DNA from: Ptychomitrium polyphyllum
Taxonomy: Eukaryota
DNA length: 64,000 nucleotides
Direction: 5' to 3'
Assembly (NCBI GenBank): GCA_973851085.1
Contig: OZ316776.1
Span: 3,720,001 to 3,784,000, forward strand
Shown here: positions 48,634 to 63,100 of the stretch, one piece after another
Numbering within the stretch: the stretch's first letter is position 1
How the letters are laid out: the number at the start of each line of letters is the position of its first letter
Notes under the pieces: generated by a model
Seen by the model: only the letters and a program-made list of their open reading frames with translations
Told to the model about the DNA's origin: nothing
Databases searched by the model: none
Position numbers and translations under genes: made by a program

Positions 48634-51600
48634 CGTCTCTCCCACCCTGTGTCCTTGCTCGCTCACTTGCACCTCCCAGACTCTCCAACCACTAACAAAC
48701 TCCACGCGAAAAACATGAAAATCCAACCTCAAACTACAACTCAAACGCGACCCGCCTCGGATTGCGTTCCAAGGCCAGGTGTGCCCCAGTGCTCAATCGC
48801 CAATGGCTGCGCTCCTGCAATGGCCCTCCCCTCCGCGCCCCGTCGGCGACTCCCCACACGACGACCTCACCGTTCGTGGCTCCGCAACTGGCCACTTCGT
48901 TCGCGTCGTGGCCACCGCGCCCGTCCGCGTTACTGCATTGGGCGTTTTCTTCGAATTTTCTAGATTTTCTGAGCAATAATCTACGAACTAAATAACAAAT
49001 TGTGTCGCTTTTTTGCTCCCGTGCCTGAGAGAAGAACTATCTTCAATTAGTGTAGATCTCTGTACGCGATCTACGAGATTCGAAGAGAGTGTCGTGTTTT
49101 TGAGTAGCGTGTCGCGGGTTTTGGGTGCAGGAGTGCGTCGGCGCGGCTGAGCGGCTGAGGAGTGGAAGCTTCGCCTGTCACCACATGGGGGAGAAGACAT
49201 TGTTTTGGAGCTTTTAAAAAGAACTAATTGGAGTTTTTTGTTAGGTAAAACGTCCTTGTCTTTGTGTTTTGAAATGTGTTCTTCTTACAAATGATAGTTT
49301 GGATAATTTTTGGCATAAGTATTAAAGTACTCCCGGTTTGGAAGAACAAATAAGAAATTATTAGGCACTTAAGGGGACTAAGAGTGGGTTTGGAAGAGCT
49401 GAGCTAATTTATAGACGTCCAAAGTTTAAGGTTATCTTGATATGTCCTTATATTGTAAAGGCTCATGATTTGTTCATCAAAAGACATGGTGAAATGTGGT
49501 TTTGCTTCTTTTTTGTTGCAATAATGAGATTTAGAATATATTTGCAAAACTTTCTTCTTTGTGGAAGACTCAATAAATAACTCTAATGATTTTTTTAGTT
49601 CTTTGTTAAAAAAATTGATTTTAAATTTTTGCACAAAACATTGTAAGACTTGGAAAAGCAAACTGGAAGTAATTGGAAATTAAGTAATAGGTGATTTTGG
49701 AATCATTTATAATAGTGAAGGTTCTTAATATTACATGGTTTTCATTTGATTGGTGTGGCCTTATTAATTTTGTATATAGCTATTTACAAGGAAAAATCTT
49801 TTGATTCAAAGACCATTTTCCTTATTAGGATTTATAGCAATGGCTCTTAATTACTTAAAGAATTTTTTACACAAAAAATATATCTTACGTCCTACTACTA
49901 TAACATATTGTAATATGGCCATTCAAAAATAACTCTAAAATTTTTGAAAAATAATGAAAGTAGAATAAATAATTTTTAATTTTTTTTTGTTTTTTAAAAT
50001 AAATTTTGATTAAATTAATTATTTTTAAGATAGAAAATAAAATAAAATTTTAATTAATGAATGAACTTAATTTTTTTAAATATCACATTTGTATGGAATA
50101 AAAACTTCACAATATGGCAATGGTAGAATAGCAGGATTTCTAAAGAATTTAAGCTGATAATATTAATCATGGTGGTTATTAAGCCATTTTTTTCATATGA
50201 TTAGAAATTTTGGATTATTGACAATAATAGTCACGGAGGCATAATTGAATGGTTCTACGCCATTAATGCTTGGAAAACACTACTTCTTTTTACCAACCTT
50301 AGGCACATTTGTACATGTGACCTTTGCATATTTTTACATTATCTTTTGAAACTTGCATACATGGCAATAGATCTATGCATTAAAGACTATAACTTGTTTG
50401 ACTCACTGTAGTTGATTTAATTTACTATTGTGGGCCATTTTTTGTAAATTGATCCAATCAAAATATGGCGTTTCAACTTCCATTCTTCAAAAGCTCATAT
50501 TTCTTACAATTTTGGAATTCATAATTACGGCTCATTGAATCTACTTTTATAGCACTCTTCACTTGTTATCTTCATTTTCAAACTAAGTTAGAATTGAAGC
50601 ATGCCAAATTGCTAAGCTATTTACATATAGCCTTTTATATTACCTTCTATAATCTAATTACCAAAACTTGCATATACCATTATTACTTACAGACACTTTA
50701 TATCTAGAGCCTTGGTTGTATTACCACCATTTAAAGTTAATATTAATTATGCATCCTTGATAATATTTAATATTAATATAAACACCATATTTATTACTTG
50801 CAATGTAAAAATCCACTTCAAAAAACACCTTTAATTGATTTATTATGATAGAATTGTTAATAATGCTTCAACACTTAGAAGATATATTTCCAACCCCTTA
50901 GCCTTAAATTTTGTCACATGTAGCATCCGTTATTGTCCATTTTATTAAAAAATAAAAATAAAAATCATAAAATTGGCTATGAATACTAATTTAAGTCATG
51001 CCCATGGAAACAATTGTGCCCATGGAAACAATTGTACTTATGAGTATGACTACCTTATGTATGACTTCCTGGGAAAGGGAAAAAACATTATGTTTAATAA
51101 TCATTTTCTGTCAATTGTAGCAAAAAGACCTCCATTATATTAGTTAAGGGATGTTATGAAGGATCTAAGTATTTTCAGGTGCATGTTAAACAGACAGTAA
51201 CAAAGTTGGTCTTCAAAACAAGATTTGAGAAACATAACTGAGTTGCAAGAGAAGATGACAGAAGAATGAAGGTGAAAGCGTCAGAAAGAAGAAAAATAAG
51301 AGACTCCGTGGACAACTGTATGTGACAGAAGGTTGGTAAGTACCAATAATTATAATCAACAGAGTCACAACATGTACATGCATGTACATTGTAAAGACCT
51401 TCGCCAAAAGCACAGAAGTGTGTAGACTCAAATTAATTACGACTGCTTGATCCATCGCTGCTCGAGTATTATCAATGCTAATACTACTACGCAATGACAA
51501 ACCGACAATGAAATAGTCTATGAGCCTTGAATGAGAATGCTGAAACGTGTACAGTTGTTTAATGACGAAAAATAAGTTCCACGAAAATTATTTACACTAG

Positions 51601-51829
51601 TATATATACACAACGTCATGCGAAATCCCATAACACTATACGCTTTGACCGCTCTTACATTCGAGCTTCGGAAACTCGTAAAGCCCTAGCTGTCCGATCT
51701 CTTGCCAGCACCTTCTCAGAACCACCCAACCTCTGGGAAGTTCGGTATGTACAATACGCCGTCCGAGGTTGATTACCACGGACATCAAAACATAAGGTTG
51801 TACTGGAACAATGGCATCCAGAAGAGCAG

Positions 51830-54740
51830 TCAATCGACATATTTATACTGCAGATACGAATCGCTCATGGCCAGCGATGGCTCTGCGTGACTGTCGTTGA
51901 CCGCATCAAAATCTTGCAAGTTCTTTGACATATAATTCTTTTCTCGTGACTTGGAATAGTAAGGTAAATGATCCTCAGAATTTCCATAGGCACTTCTATT
52001 GGCATATCCAAGCTGGCCCTTATCCCGGCTTGGAGAGTCCTCTGTTGAACTGTACAGGTTTGCCGTAAGAGCACCCTCCCATACCATAACGTGTAGACGA
52101 ATAGATTGGCCAGTCTGCCGATGCAGCGAAAGCTTATTGGACATCGAGATAGTGTCATAACACCGAATTGAACCAGAAGACGCGACTAACCAGGGCGTAA
52201 TCTTTTCCCCACCTAACCGGGATATAACAAGCAGCTTTCCTGCCGCACAAGCAGCTTGATAAACAGTCTGCAACCCTGCACGGTCAGCAACTGTCCCCGG
52301 GTCCACAGAGGAGACATGGCAAAATCCCTGCAAATGAAACAAAATCGAATCTTCGTGAATATTCTATTACAGAATTGTAATATCATAAATTACATATAGA
52401 GTGAAGGAATTACTACTGCAAGCCTCGATAATCAGATTGCCGGCATCGATTGCCAATAAGAGCTCTATGCTAACATGTGGACATAAATAACCGATATAAC
52501 GCATGTGCAGATGCAAAACCTTTGTTACCCAACTCCGTACTATCATCGGCCACAAACACTGTAAAGCACTTCCCGTGTGATGATGATTTGGAGCCAAAAG
52601 AACATGGGACACAGTATATCATGTATAATCACAAATGTTGTGTGATAAAATATACCTCCTCTGTGCAGCTGATGCCAACACCAAGACGAGACTCGTTCTC
52701 TTCAGGTTTCAGGTCGATCGCAAGCTCGGCAGCTGCAGGCGAGTACCATAATCGTACTGCTCTCACAACGTCCACATCCATGGCTTCTCGATCCTGCACA
52801 TAGCTTCCCTATGTTAGAGATTCACAGAGCTTTGAAATGCAATCCACGTAGTGGCCTACAATATCCCAAATCATCATAAGTCAGGACAACCAATCAACAA
52901 TAATCGTGCTGAATCTTCTGCCAATATTCCGGTCACCTTATATGTGCCGACAAATAGTTTTGGAATGGTAGAAAGACGAATCGGAACACAAACGAATAAA
53001 ATTCACTGTCCACAAAGTGTTCATGCCACCACCTACCGAACCAACTTTCATTTCTCATGAGCAAAGCACTCCGTAAAACTTGACCCTACAGCGATCACCC
53101 CTAAACACAAGACACCAGATACCTGCAAACTATACCAGGAATGACCCGTCTTTTCTATAATTGAGAAGACTAATCTCTTCCAATCTTTTCGAAAAGGCTA
53201 AAAGAACCTGCAGAAGAACCTGCCGAAGAGATAATAACAAAACAAAGACCTTACTTACCTGTAATCTGTAACAGCCGATATTGCCAACAACTGCAGGATC
53301 CTGCTTGTAGCCAGGAACTTGGTAATCTGCAAACTGCATTTCAATAATATCACAGGTTAGTAGCAAATTATTCGAAACACCTCAGCGCACTGCACATTCG
53401 GGGAATGATCATGGTACACATGAATTATGGTCAGGAGCAAGATCAGCTGTCATTTGTGAAGAATATTAAGAAACAACTGAATTGAGGTCATTGATGCAAG
53501 CCTAAAAGGCATATCTGGACGTTGCAGTTCTTACTGAAGAGAGCTGCTGCACTCTCATCAAGAAATGAGAGGAGTATCTTAAATTTCTTCTTCGAGCACT
53601 CAACACAAAAACTACAAAATATGCTTCATTTATTCAAGGTTAAATACTTACTTGCATAAAGAGAGGTTCTGTCTGAATATTGACGAAGGTGATCGGCACT
53701 CCAGAAGCCTGAGCAGCAGATAACCAGGCAATCGCGCGAGCCGATGTCTGCTCAACACCAGCGTAGTCCCGAGCCTTTGGTGATAAAGCTGGTGGCATGA
53801 CGAGGAGAGAAAACACCATTGCGGAGCCCGAGACAGGTAAGAAAGTCATCATCTTCTGCTCCCAGGGATAAGCAACATAGCTGTCTTTCAATTTCATACT
53901 GCTTAACTTCACCAGCAAATCATCCTTCTTAGAAAAATCTCTCAACATCTTGGTTGCCTCAAGCATTTTTCGACTTTTGTCTGCACAAAACACACCAGAA
54001 TTTGACTGTCTTCGAATCATGACATAGCCAGATTACGAAATCTCAAGACCAGATGTACCACGACTAGTTTAGACAGGACACTAAAAGAGTTCCATATTTA
54101 ACATAACACGAACGGCCATATATTCCCTCTAGAAGAATGTAAAACAATAACTCAGAAAACAAAATTTGAGCCAAACGGAACAGCGGCAGCTGCCGAATTT
54201 AAATTCGTATGAAAGGACAACAGCCTCCACAATAATGATTTTAAAGGATAAAACAATGGATGAAAAGCCAAAATGTGGCGGGACCTGAGCTGCAAATAAA
54301 GATGACGAGAAAAACCAATAAGAATTCCAAAGCAGGAGAGAAATACAAGGGTCGCACCTTGCAGAAGCAGACAGTCTTGTTCCATTGCATCCACTAATAT
54401 CGCAACGTGACTGTTATCAGTAGCACTAGCCAGTACATATGTCTTCTTCAACAGAGAGCTCTCATCCACAGCAACTTTGGCTCGAACCTCAATTACTGAT
54501 AAGCCTCTCTTAACCTTGACCTTTATTCCTCCTGACGCGTTGTACAGTTTTTTCAGCTCACGCATAAGACCTGTCTTCCCGCCGGCAAATGGAGCTACCA
54601 ATATGACTCCGGTATCGCTGCTCACCTGCAAAGCAAGTTTCCAAGATTAGGTGACTTGCAACTATCATTGGCCACGTTGCAACAAGGATAAACACAAAGC
54701 ATACTTGAAGGCATCGTTTGATGGCAGATTTAGACGCCAT
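51830..54740 (-). CDS. Conserved uncharacterised plant protein with a C-terminal PDZ-like domain
   Basis: Spliced blocks APFAGGKTGL..KVKVKRG, YVAYPWEQKM..LPVSGSAMVFSLLVMP..ARAIAWLSAAQASGVPITFVNIQTE, VRAVRLWYSPAAAELAIDLKPEENESRLGVGISCTEE|GFCHVSSVDPGTVADRAGL..LLVISRLGGEKITPW..IRLHVMVWE. The start codon sits directly after an AG acceptor, so an upstream exon (~56.1-56.9 kb) is likely and the true start is uncertain. Confidence 0.82.
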
Positions 54741-56754
54741 CTACAGGAACAAGAAACCTCAGAAAACGACTTGATGAGATAGGTCAAAAGCCATCGTTGT
54801 ACACTACCGGTATTCTTTTTCAAAAATTCGTGTCATTGGTTGAACTATGAAGGGTGCTCTTAAACATATGATCGTACTTTTGATAGGATAGACGTGTATC
54901 TACTTCATACACCGCACATTTGGTGATAAAAGCTCATGTACGTACGTCGTGATTGGCAAGTTGTGATCATTCATTCACATGATTGGAACCTCTTTCGAGA
55001 GAATTCAAACTCTGAAATAAGCTACCCGACACTCTAGAAGACACTCACTGGAGACACGACAACAGAATACAGTGAACTGCCGCTGAACGAGCTAACAGCG
55101 AACACATTAACCGTGAAATAAAAATCCTAAACAAAGGTAAGTCCTAAAACTAACCATGATTCGTACACTGCACTAATGCAGAATGATTCGTCAATCTCAG
55201 TCACTCGACGAGAAGTTCAAAGACAACTACAATACACTGGTCAATAACTTACTTCTTACTTAAGAAATCATTCACTGTAAAATGGCACATTCACATTGAT
55301 ACACAATACTGTAACCACTTATATATACTATTGAAGTATCCGCTTTTAAACCTAATATAAGGCATAATTTCAACAATTGTGGAAGAAATATTAAGGTTTT
55401 AAGAACGAAACCTGGTTCATGCGTAATCCCGAACGGTACAGACTCACACTACAAAGAGACTATAGTGCTACCAGTAGGATCCTATAATGTATCTCTCAGG
55501 ACAACATCTTAAAGGAAATTGCTCCAAAGTAGCCAAACTCGAAAAATAATAAGACCCCAAAGCTCTGAAATAGGTCATTCTGCCAGTTGAAAAATTCTAA
55601 GGAATATTCTAAAAACGCGGAATCCAGGGCACAAGATTCTGTAAAGATGCAGCTACTGGAAGGAGCATTGCATCTACTTCTATACAAAACCAATTCCAAC
55701 AGAAACTATTTGCTGCTTCCGAATTCCTAAGCAAGTCATTAAAGGCAAAAGATGTGCGTTCCCAATCGCTCATTTCACTTGATTTAGCCAGAAAAGGAAA
55801 CCCGTAAGTTTCGGCATGAACGCGACAAGGGAAGTATACTTGAATGCTGGGTCACTTACACTTATCATAATACCAGCAATACTTTTAAAAAGTATTCTAC
55901 ATTTGCACCTGCCAGGTTACCACAACAGTAAAGTCGAGAGAGCGACCATTCGTGCACGATTCTTAGGGATTAATGTTTACCTGAAGTACAACATCTCCAC
56001 CTAAGAGCTTCACTTCACTCCACGATTCTGCTTGAGTAGAGCCGGTTAGCTTCACAGCCACCACGGGACTGTTCCCTCCCCCTGCCATCTATCTCACAAT
56101 CAATTTTCTACTTACAAAACTCTCCTGTGCTACCTGGACACCAAAGCTGAAGTCTAAAAACCTCTAGAAGCTCTCTCTCGAATGCTACATGTATATCCCT
56201 AGCACATACATACACTCAATCCTCCGAAGTTTAAGTCCAAAAACCTCCACTCCACTCCAACCAACAGATCTCGATGAAACTATAAACCTCCTCCAACTCT
56301 CTCAAGTTGAAGATACACTACGGTCATACGCTCCCCCCACTACGACCGCTCGTTCTCCAAAACTCAACGTCACCGTGAGTTCCTCACTCTCTCCAACACG
56401 AGCTCGCTCGTTCGCTCATCAGTCAATACTCCGACATCTAAACGAAGTAAAAAACGACAACACAAAGCACCAACTCTCCAAACAGCCGATTCGTGATCTA
56501 CTCATTTGCAACTGCCTCGCCACTATCTGTGCTCTTGTACTCTTCCTCTCTTTCACGCTCAATCTCTTTGTCTCTCACTCTCTCGGGAAGACGACTCCGG
56601 CGCTCTCCGCTAATGTTTTCCTCCCTAACGAGTTCTTGCTACCGAGTCAACCGACACGAGAGCAGGAAACGTGCTGCGGAGAAGAATCTGATAGGCTGCA
56701 GGCGTGGTAATCTGCAAGCCAGCACGATCGCGCACACGCTGATGCAAACCTCTC

Positions 56755-56779
56755 GATGCGATGCGATGCGATGCGATGC
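56755..56779. repeat. (CGATG)n pentanucleotide repeat, about 5 copies
   Basis: cgatgcgatgcgatgcgatgcgatgc. Confidence 0.9.
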
Positions 56780-57163
56780 AATCAGCCACCAACACGCATC
56801 CCCACTGCCTCGCGTGCAAACAATACGTCGTGCGCGGTCAATTCTTTAAGGTCTCTCTCTCTCCCTCACTCTCTCTTTCTCAAGAAAATAAGACTCCTCC
56901 ACTCCCTTCTCATCGCCCCAAACTCACCAATTATCTACCGATTTCATCCATCTCACTTCAGCGAATCTGGATATTGTGTAGATAAAGTCGGTTTGGGGTA
57001 TACATCCCAGATGACTCTCCATTCTCGGCCACTCTCCCTTCTGGGCGACTCCTCTTGCGAGCATCATTGCCCAATTTCGGTGACATCTACTGTCATTGAA
57101 CAATATGTTTCCTACAATCTACGAAATGCGTAGACATTGTCGGTTGTAGCTGCATATCCTTGA

Positions 57164-57437
57164 GCGACGGTTTTGTGGAATCAATCCTCCTGGAGCTCCA
57201 ACGAGGGCTCGGTCGATCGCCCGAAACCCGTCACTGTATCAGATACCGAAGTAAATCTACCGAGAGCGTTCGTTTTAATAAACTGGAATTTAAGAATCTT
57301 GTTATCAATGTTGATTTGCGTGTAGTGACGGTTTTTTGTTGTTTTATTTGCAACTGCCAACGGATTGCGTGTTTTGCGCCAGATTATTGAGGCCTGTTCT
57401 AGTGTGGAACTGTCATGGTGGTCGCAGAAACCGTCGC
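57164..57437. mobile_element. Second fold-back element of the AAACCGTC(A/G)C family, with nested inverted pairs
   Basis: GCGACGGTTTTGTGGA (57164) with TCGCAGAAACCGTCGC (57422-57437); GAAACCCGTCACTGTA (57223) with TGTAGTGACGGTTTT (57321). Confidence 0.5.
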
Positions 57438-59712
57438 CTCGCGCCCGCTATTCTTCGGGAATGAGGGAACTTTAAGTGGGCCCCATTTGGAACCCATCAT
57501 GTGACACGATTCCGCTCATTTTGCCTCTATTTATTTTGGTTTTGTGATTCCACTCTATTGAGGTGCACTTACACTGCAAATCCCACAATTGAGGAGTTTC
57601 GGGTGATTTTGATCCAGATGTCTGTACTCATCTTCGTGCAATATCAACTTTGACTCAGGCATGGGTTTTGGTAGTAGCTTTTATCCCGCTGTCATCAGTA
57701 GTTCATCAGTCATGGCTGGAAATGAACTTCAACTGTGCTTGCTTGCTTATGGTGTATTCCATGGAAACCATATTGACATGAACAAATGTATTTGTCAATG
57801 GGTTAACCAATGGGACAGAAGAAAACTAAATCTGGTCTAAAGGGGTAGCATTACTAAATAGGTGACTGATTGAGCACTATCAAAAGTTGTCCTTGTAAGT
57901 TGAGTTCTCTTCTTTTATTTTTAAAATTCACTATTTTAATTTTTTGAAAAATGCAATCACATTTGAGGTTTGGACAAAAGAATCTTGCAAACAAGTATTT
58001 TTGTGTAATGCATTTTGTTTCAATTAGTGATCTTCAAGTTGTGAGCATTGCCCATGAAAGCAGTGCTTCATTTTCTATTATATTACATACATCCAACCCA
58101 ACAAGCTGCATTCAATTATAATCATTGTAGTTTCTTCAACTACATGTATGCATAGTAGTGTTTTGTACCAAGATACCTGCTTATATTTTTGGATATGCAA
58201 GTTATACATCAAATGGATCTATGATGTTCATTTGCAACAAAGGTTTGACTTATGTAACACTTCAAATATGAGCGAACAAGTACACAAACAAGTAGGTAAC
58301 TATGAATAACCCACATATATGACTACATGGGTTTTAATGTTAGGTCTCTGAAGACCCAGAGCAACTTCACCAGTTTTCTTAATGATGTGTTTATCCTGTA
58401 TATTCTCAAGATCATATTTTTATAATATTGTCTGCAACTGAGATCAAGGCTAGTTTAATTATTTTGGATTTCTGGGATTTTCATGATATTGTTGCCCTCA
58501 AATAGAAGAGTCTTAGACATCCTGAATGTGCTTGTTGCTCTTAATTTGCAACTTCCATTAGCAAAGAAGTATCATGTGGAGGTTGAAACAGATAAAAACC
58601 ATCATCATTCCAAACTGTTACTAATACACAGAGCAGGATCTTTCACAATTTTCTTCTCTCTGATACTAATGATCTAAACTAGCCGTAGATTGTTTTGTCC
58701 AAATGAGCAGATAGCAGTCAATTATACATTGACAGCTTCAAAATTTCTAAATAACAAGGCCACTTCCATTGCGTTCTTCCCACATCTTCTTTCAAAGATG
58801 TCATGTAATTAAAGTTAACCAAGAAGTCTTATTAAAAAACTTCACTCCAATTTGTGCCAGCAATACCAATTTTTTAAAACAAATTTGTAAAATTTTCAAA
58901 TTAAAAAAAATGAATCTAAAGTCTTTAAATATTTTAAAAGGGTAAGAAAGAAAAAGGGAGGTTATTTGTCTAAAGAATTGAAATCCCAAGCACCTTGGAA
59001 GAACATAGTTGAGCCACGCAACAACAACAATAACTCCTGGATATACTGGGTTGTGATAATTGACACTATATAAAAATCCAAAACTTGGCTACCATATGCA
59101 TCCATTATAATTTATAGTTGAACTTTTAGATGCCAAGGCAACATTTTATTTTTTTGGATTTTTAAAGATTGATATATTTATTTAAGAAGAAATTTATGTG
59201 CATGAAGAATATTGATTTCTATTTGCAATATAGTCAAAATGGAATTTACTGAGATGATTTTTTTATATTCGATTATGTCAAAACATCTTCATTTTCTTTC
59301 TGTAGGATAAAATTTTCATATTTAGTATGTTTCCATACATGCATCTTTCTTTGCATGGAATTTGTAGGAATTATTTTGGAATATTGGATTCTTCATGAAT
59401 TGTAATAGAATTGTAATAAAAAAACCTATTGTGCACAAAAGGTTGTAATTTAGAAGTTCTTCCATTCTACTATTGATTATATGAACAACTTTATGAAAAT
59501 ACTTTGCTTTGGACGTTTTTGTTTTCACGTTTTTGTTTTCGCTAGATAATGTATAAATAATGGTTTCTAATTTTTAATATATGCATGTAAAGCCATATTT
59601 GAAATCATGATCTTAAATCAATGTATGTAATATTAGTTTTTTTTAAATGCAAAAGATATTATTATATTTAAACATATAATTCATCCATAGTTTTTTGTTA
59701 TTTTGTTGATGT

Positions 59713-60146
59713 TGTTAGAGACACAAGAAACACAAAACAAACACAAAGTAGTTTCCAAGAATCAACTTTCAAGGAACTAATAATAAACAAGAATGAATAC
59801 AGATACTAGAATAAGGGCACAATACAATATAATCCACAATTTACGTTCACAAAACTAAGGTATATGTTGTCTTGCCTTCTATTTATACTATGACATTTGT
59901 ATGTCTTATAATACTTTTAAAAAAACTTTCTATGAAACTTAAGAATATTCCAAAAGTCTATGAAATCTTTCCAAGAAGTTTCTAAGAAGGTGGAACTTTC
60001 CTAAGAAGTTTTCAAAAGAGATGGAAGGGTTATGGAAGCATTGAAAGTATTCTAAGAAACTATTATAATATATCAAAAGATTTTAGATGATTTTGAAGAC
60101 TATGCTGCATGATTTTTATATATAATAGATGTAAGAGTTGTTAACA
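59713..60146 (-). mobile_element. Probable solo LTR of an LTR retrotransposon
   Basis: 434 bp bounded by TGTTAG...TTAACA (TG..CA). TATAAATAG on the minus strand near 59880. Internal degenerate GAAGTTTCTAA-type repeats. Flanks GATGT and AATAT differ only by G/A transitions, consistent with a decayed 5-bp target-site duplication. Confidence 0.5.
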
Positions 60147-60149
60147 AAT

Positions 60150-63100
60150 ATTATATTTTATAAAATATTAAAAATTTTGAACCTTCAAAATTTTGTTAAA
60201 TTTTCATTATATATAAATGAATTATAGTATTAAACAAATTAAGGCTTATATTGTCAATTACCATTCACAAATTTAAGATTTGAAATTTTGATGCTTATAA
60301 AACTTTGCAAATTTAGTAGTATCTAAAGGCTTGAAATAAAAGTTTTTAGGAGGAAGAAGATTCCAAAATAATCATAAAAATAATATTTTATCTTAGAAAA
60401 AATAATTTGATTGCAAAACCAAAATTCAACATTGCAAATTTATTCTAAAAAAATTGATTAAAAATTATTTGAAAAAAACACATTACAATATTTTTTAATA
60501 ATTATTTTATAAAAATACAAAGAGTGATTGTCCAAAGTTGAATACAAAGATGCAAAATTTAGAACTTTCTGCAATATTAAACATTTGGCCTTTGTTTTAT
60601 TGCTTCAAACAAAAAATTCCTTATCAACATTTTGATAAGTGTTTTTATTTTGTTGCATAAATGTTTGGTTGTTGGTTAATTTGAAATGGATATTATGTAT
60701 TTTAAATATTTTATTATGTTCTTATATATTTGTAAAGTTTTTATAAGTGAATTAATATACCAATTCTTTTAGTGAGAATTTATACTATCTATTTAAAGGT
60801 GGTAATTACTATTCCATTAAGATTTTCAAACTAAGCTTTAAAGAATAAAAAAAGTAAGCATAAAATTCTTATCTATTATTATATCATATTAAATGAACAG
60901 AGATGATCAGTTGATTTAACACTTTAAAAAATGAAACAAATCAATGTATGTATGAAAAATTAATGCAAAAATATATTATGGTTTTTAGTTAAAATAGAAG
61001 TTTATAATATAAAATTTCTATTGTATGTTATGAAAATAAAGTAGCCAATTACAAAAGCAAAAGGACTATGTTATAAAAATAAACAATGGTTACTTTGGAA
61101 GATCAAACTATTAATGAAATATACATCTTTATAAAAATTATAAGAAACCATAAAAGTTCATTTATTGTAATTTTTTTGAAATGACTATTATTATTTTGTA
61201 GTTAAATTATCTTGATTTATATGAGTTTAAGCATTTAAACAATAAATGATATTAAATCAAAGTTAAATAAAATCTTCTATGTAAGATTCTTATTTTATCT
61301 AAGGATCTAATTCAATTTTATTTTTTTAATTACTACATTAAAGTCATATTATATTTTTAATAACTGAGAATTTTTTTAATAATTATTATTTTAATGCATG
61401 TGCAAGTTTTTTGACAAATTATTATATTGACTAAATTTAATTACTTTAATTTTAGCAATTTTTAAAGTATTATTTGTTGCTTCGATTGCACCTTAAAATA
61501 TATTCTTATACTTTTGTACTTATACCAAAATTAAAATATATATTATTTATGAATCTTAAACATAATATATTATTTAGCCACAAAAACTTCAAAAATTTAT
61601 TTCTATAAAATCAATGTACAAATCATTAATAATTTTTAAAAAAAAAAAACATACTATTTAATTTTGTCAACTAATTTCAAATATGTATTGTATAATTATA
61701 ATAGAATAATATATATATATATAATTGGATGTATTTTAAAATTTTATCAAATAAAATGTATTAAAAAAATTTAAGTACTTATAAAATATGATTATTTACA
61801 ACTACAATGAATTTTGTTTAGAAAACAAAAAACATGATACAATGGTTAGATATTATTTTTTATATTAAGGTAAAGTATTTCAAACTTTATTTTAATAACT
61901 CTATTCAGATCTGTCTATAATAAAAATTTACAAAAAAAGACTTTTTTAAATATATATGAAGAGGTAATTTTAACAATCATTGGAAAATTGATTTCAAATA
62001 TGAAGACACATTTTAAATTCAAAATGCTGTAAAGCGTAATAAATAAAATGTCATTCATATGTCCAGGTAATTAAATTTTAAATACTTTTAAAGTGATAAT
62101 TTTGCTGTAAGCTGAATAATAAAGAATAAGATATGTATTTATTCCATAAAAATAAATTTTAGATATTATCAAATTTCATTTCTTTCAAAATATTTCAAAA
62201 GAAGGTATAAAAGTATATATTAATTTATTTTCTTTTCAAGTATTGGAGGTTTACTTAAATCATGAATAAATATATTATTACATCTTTAAGAGTTACAAAA
62301 TTATTAATTTTTCTTTACAATGATAACTACGTATTTATATTTATGCATCATTTAAATAATTCTTAAACTTGCTACATATAAAATCATTTATTTCATTGAA
62401 TTAGTTATAAATTCTCATAATTCTTTATATGTATGACCAAAACACTACAAACAATAATTTTGAAAGCAAACAACAAAATTAAATGGAATGATTTTATTTT
62501 ACCTTCAAAAATTGGATGATGATAAAACACTTTCCATTATATTGATGCAATACAAAAGAGTCAATTTTATATTATAAGTTATATCAATAAATACAATTGT
62601 TGTATATGAGTTCAATATTTTATGAGCAATAAGATCTTTAATTAAAAATTTTATCAATAGAATTTCAATACAAACACAAAACCACTTCTATAAATAATAG
62701 ACAATCCATGATTTTATAATTTTCCATCATAATTTCATCCATCGTGGGCTTTAAATTATATGTGTGTATTTATATGAACTAAAATATACCTAATGCATAT
62801 ATATTTTGTTCATCAAATATTTATTCAATATATTTTTATGCACATACATGGTAGAATCTAAGATTTTCTTCCACAATGTTCTTAACAAGAGCACTTTTAT
62901 TCAAAATCTTCAAAAATAAATCTAAACTTATAATTTTTATTGGTGAGGAGATAAGACATTGATTTGATATTTTAAAAGGCTATTGATTAGTAAGCTTTCT
63001 ATACCAACAATTAAATCAATGTATGCTGCTCACTCCATCTTCACATAATCATCATTGCTTTTTTATCCATCCATATTATATTATTTCATTTGGATACCAT

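Noticed and set aside
19..54740. STELLO, ABCG, GNA1 and ApgM-like genes as a biosynthetic gene cluster
   Set aside because: They are interspersed with unrelated housekeeping genes, and the sequence gives no evidence of a shared pathway.
56189..56849. 173-aa and 118-aa plus-strand ORFs
   Set aside because: Low-complexity antisense of the GA-rich leader of the minus-strand gene; no protein motifs.
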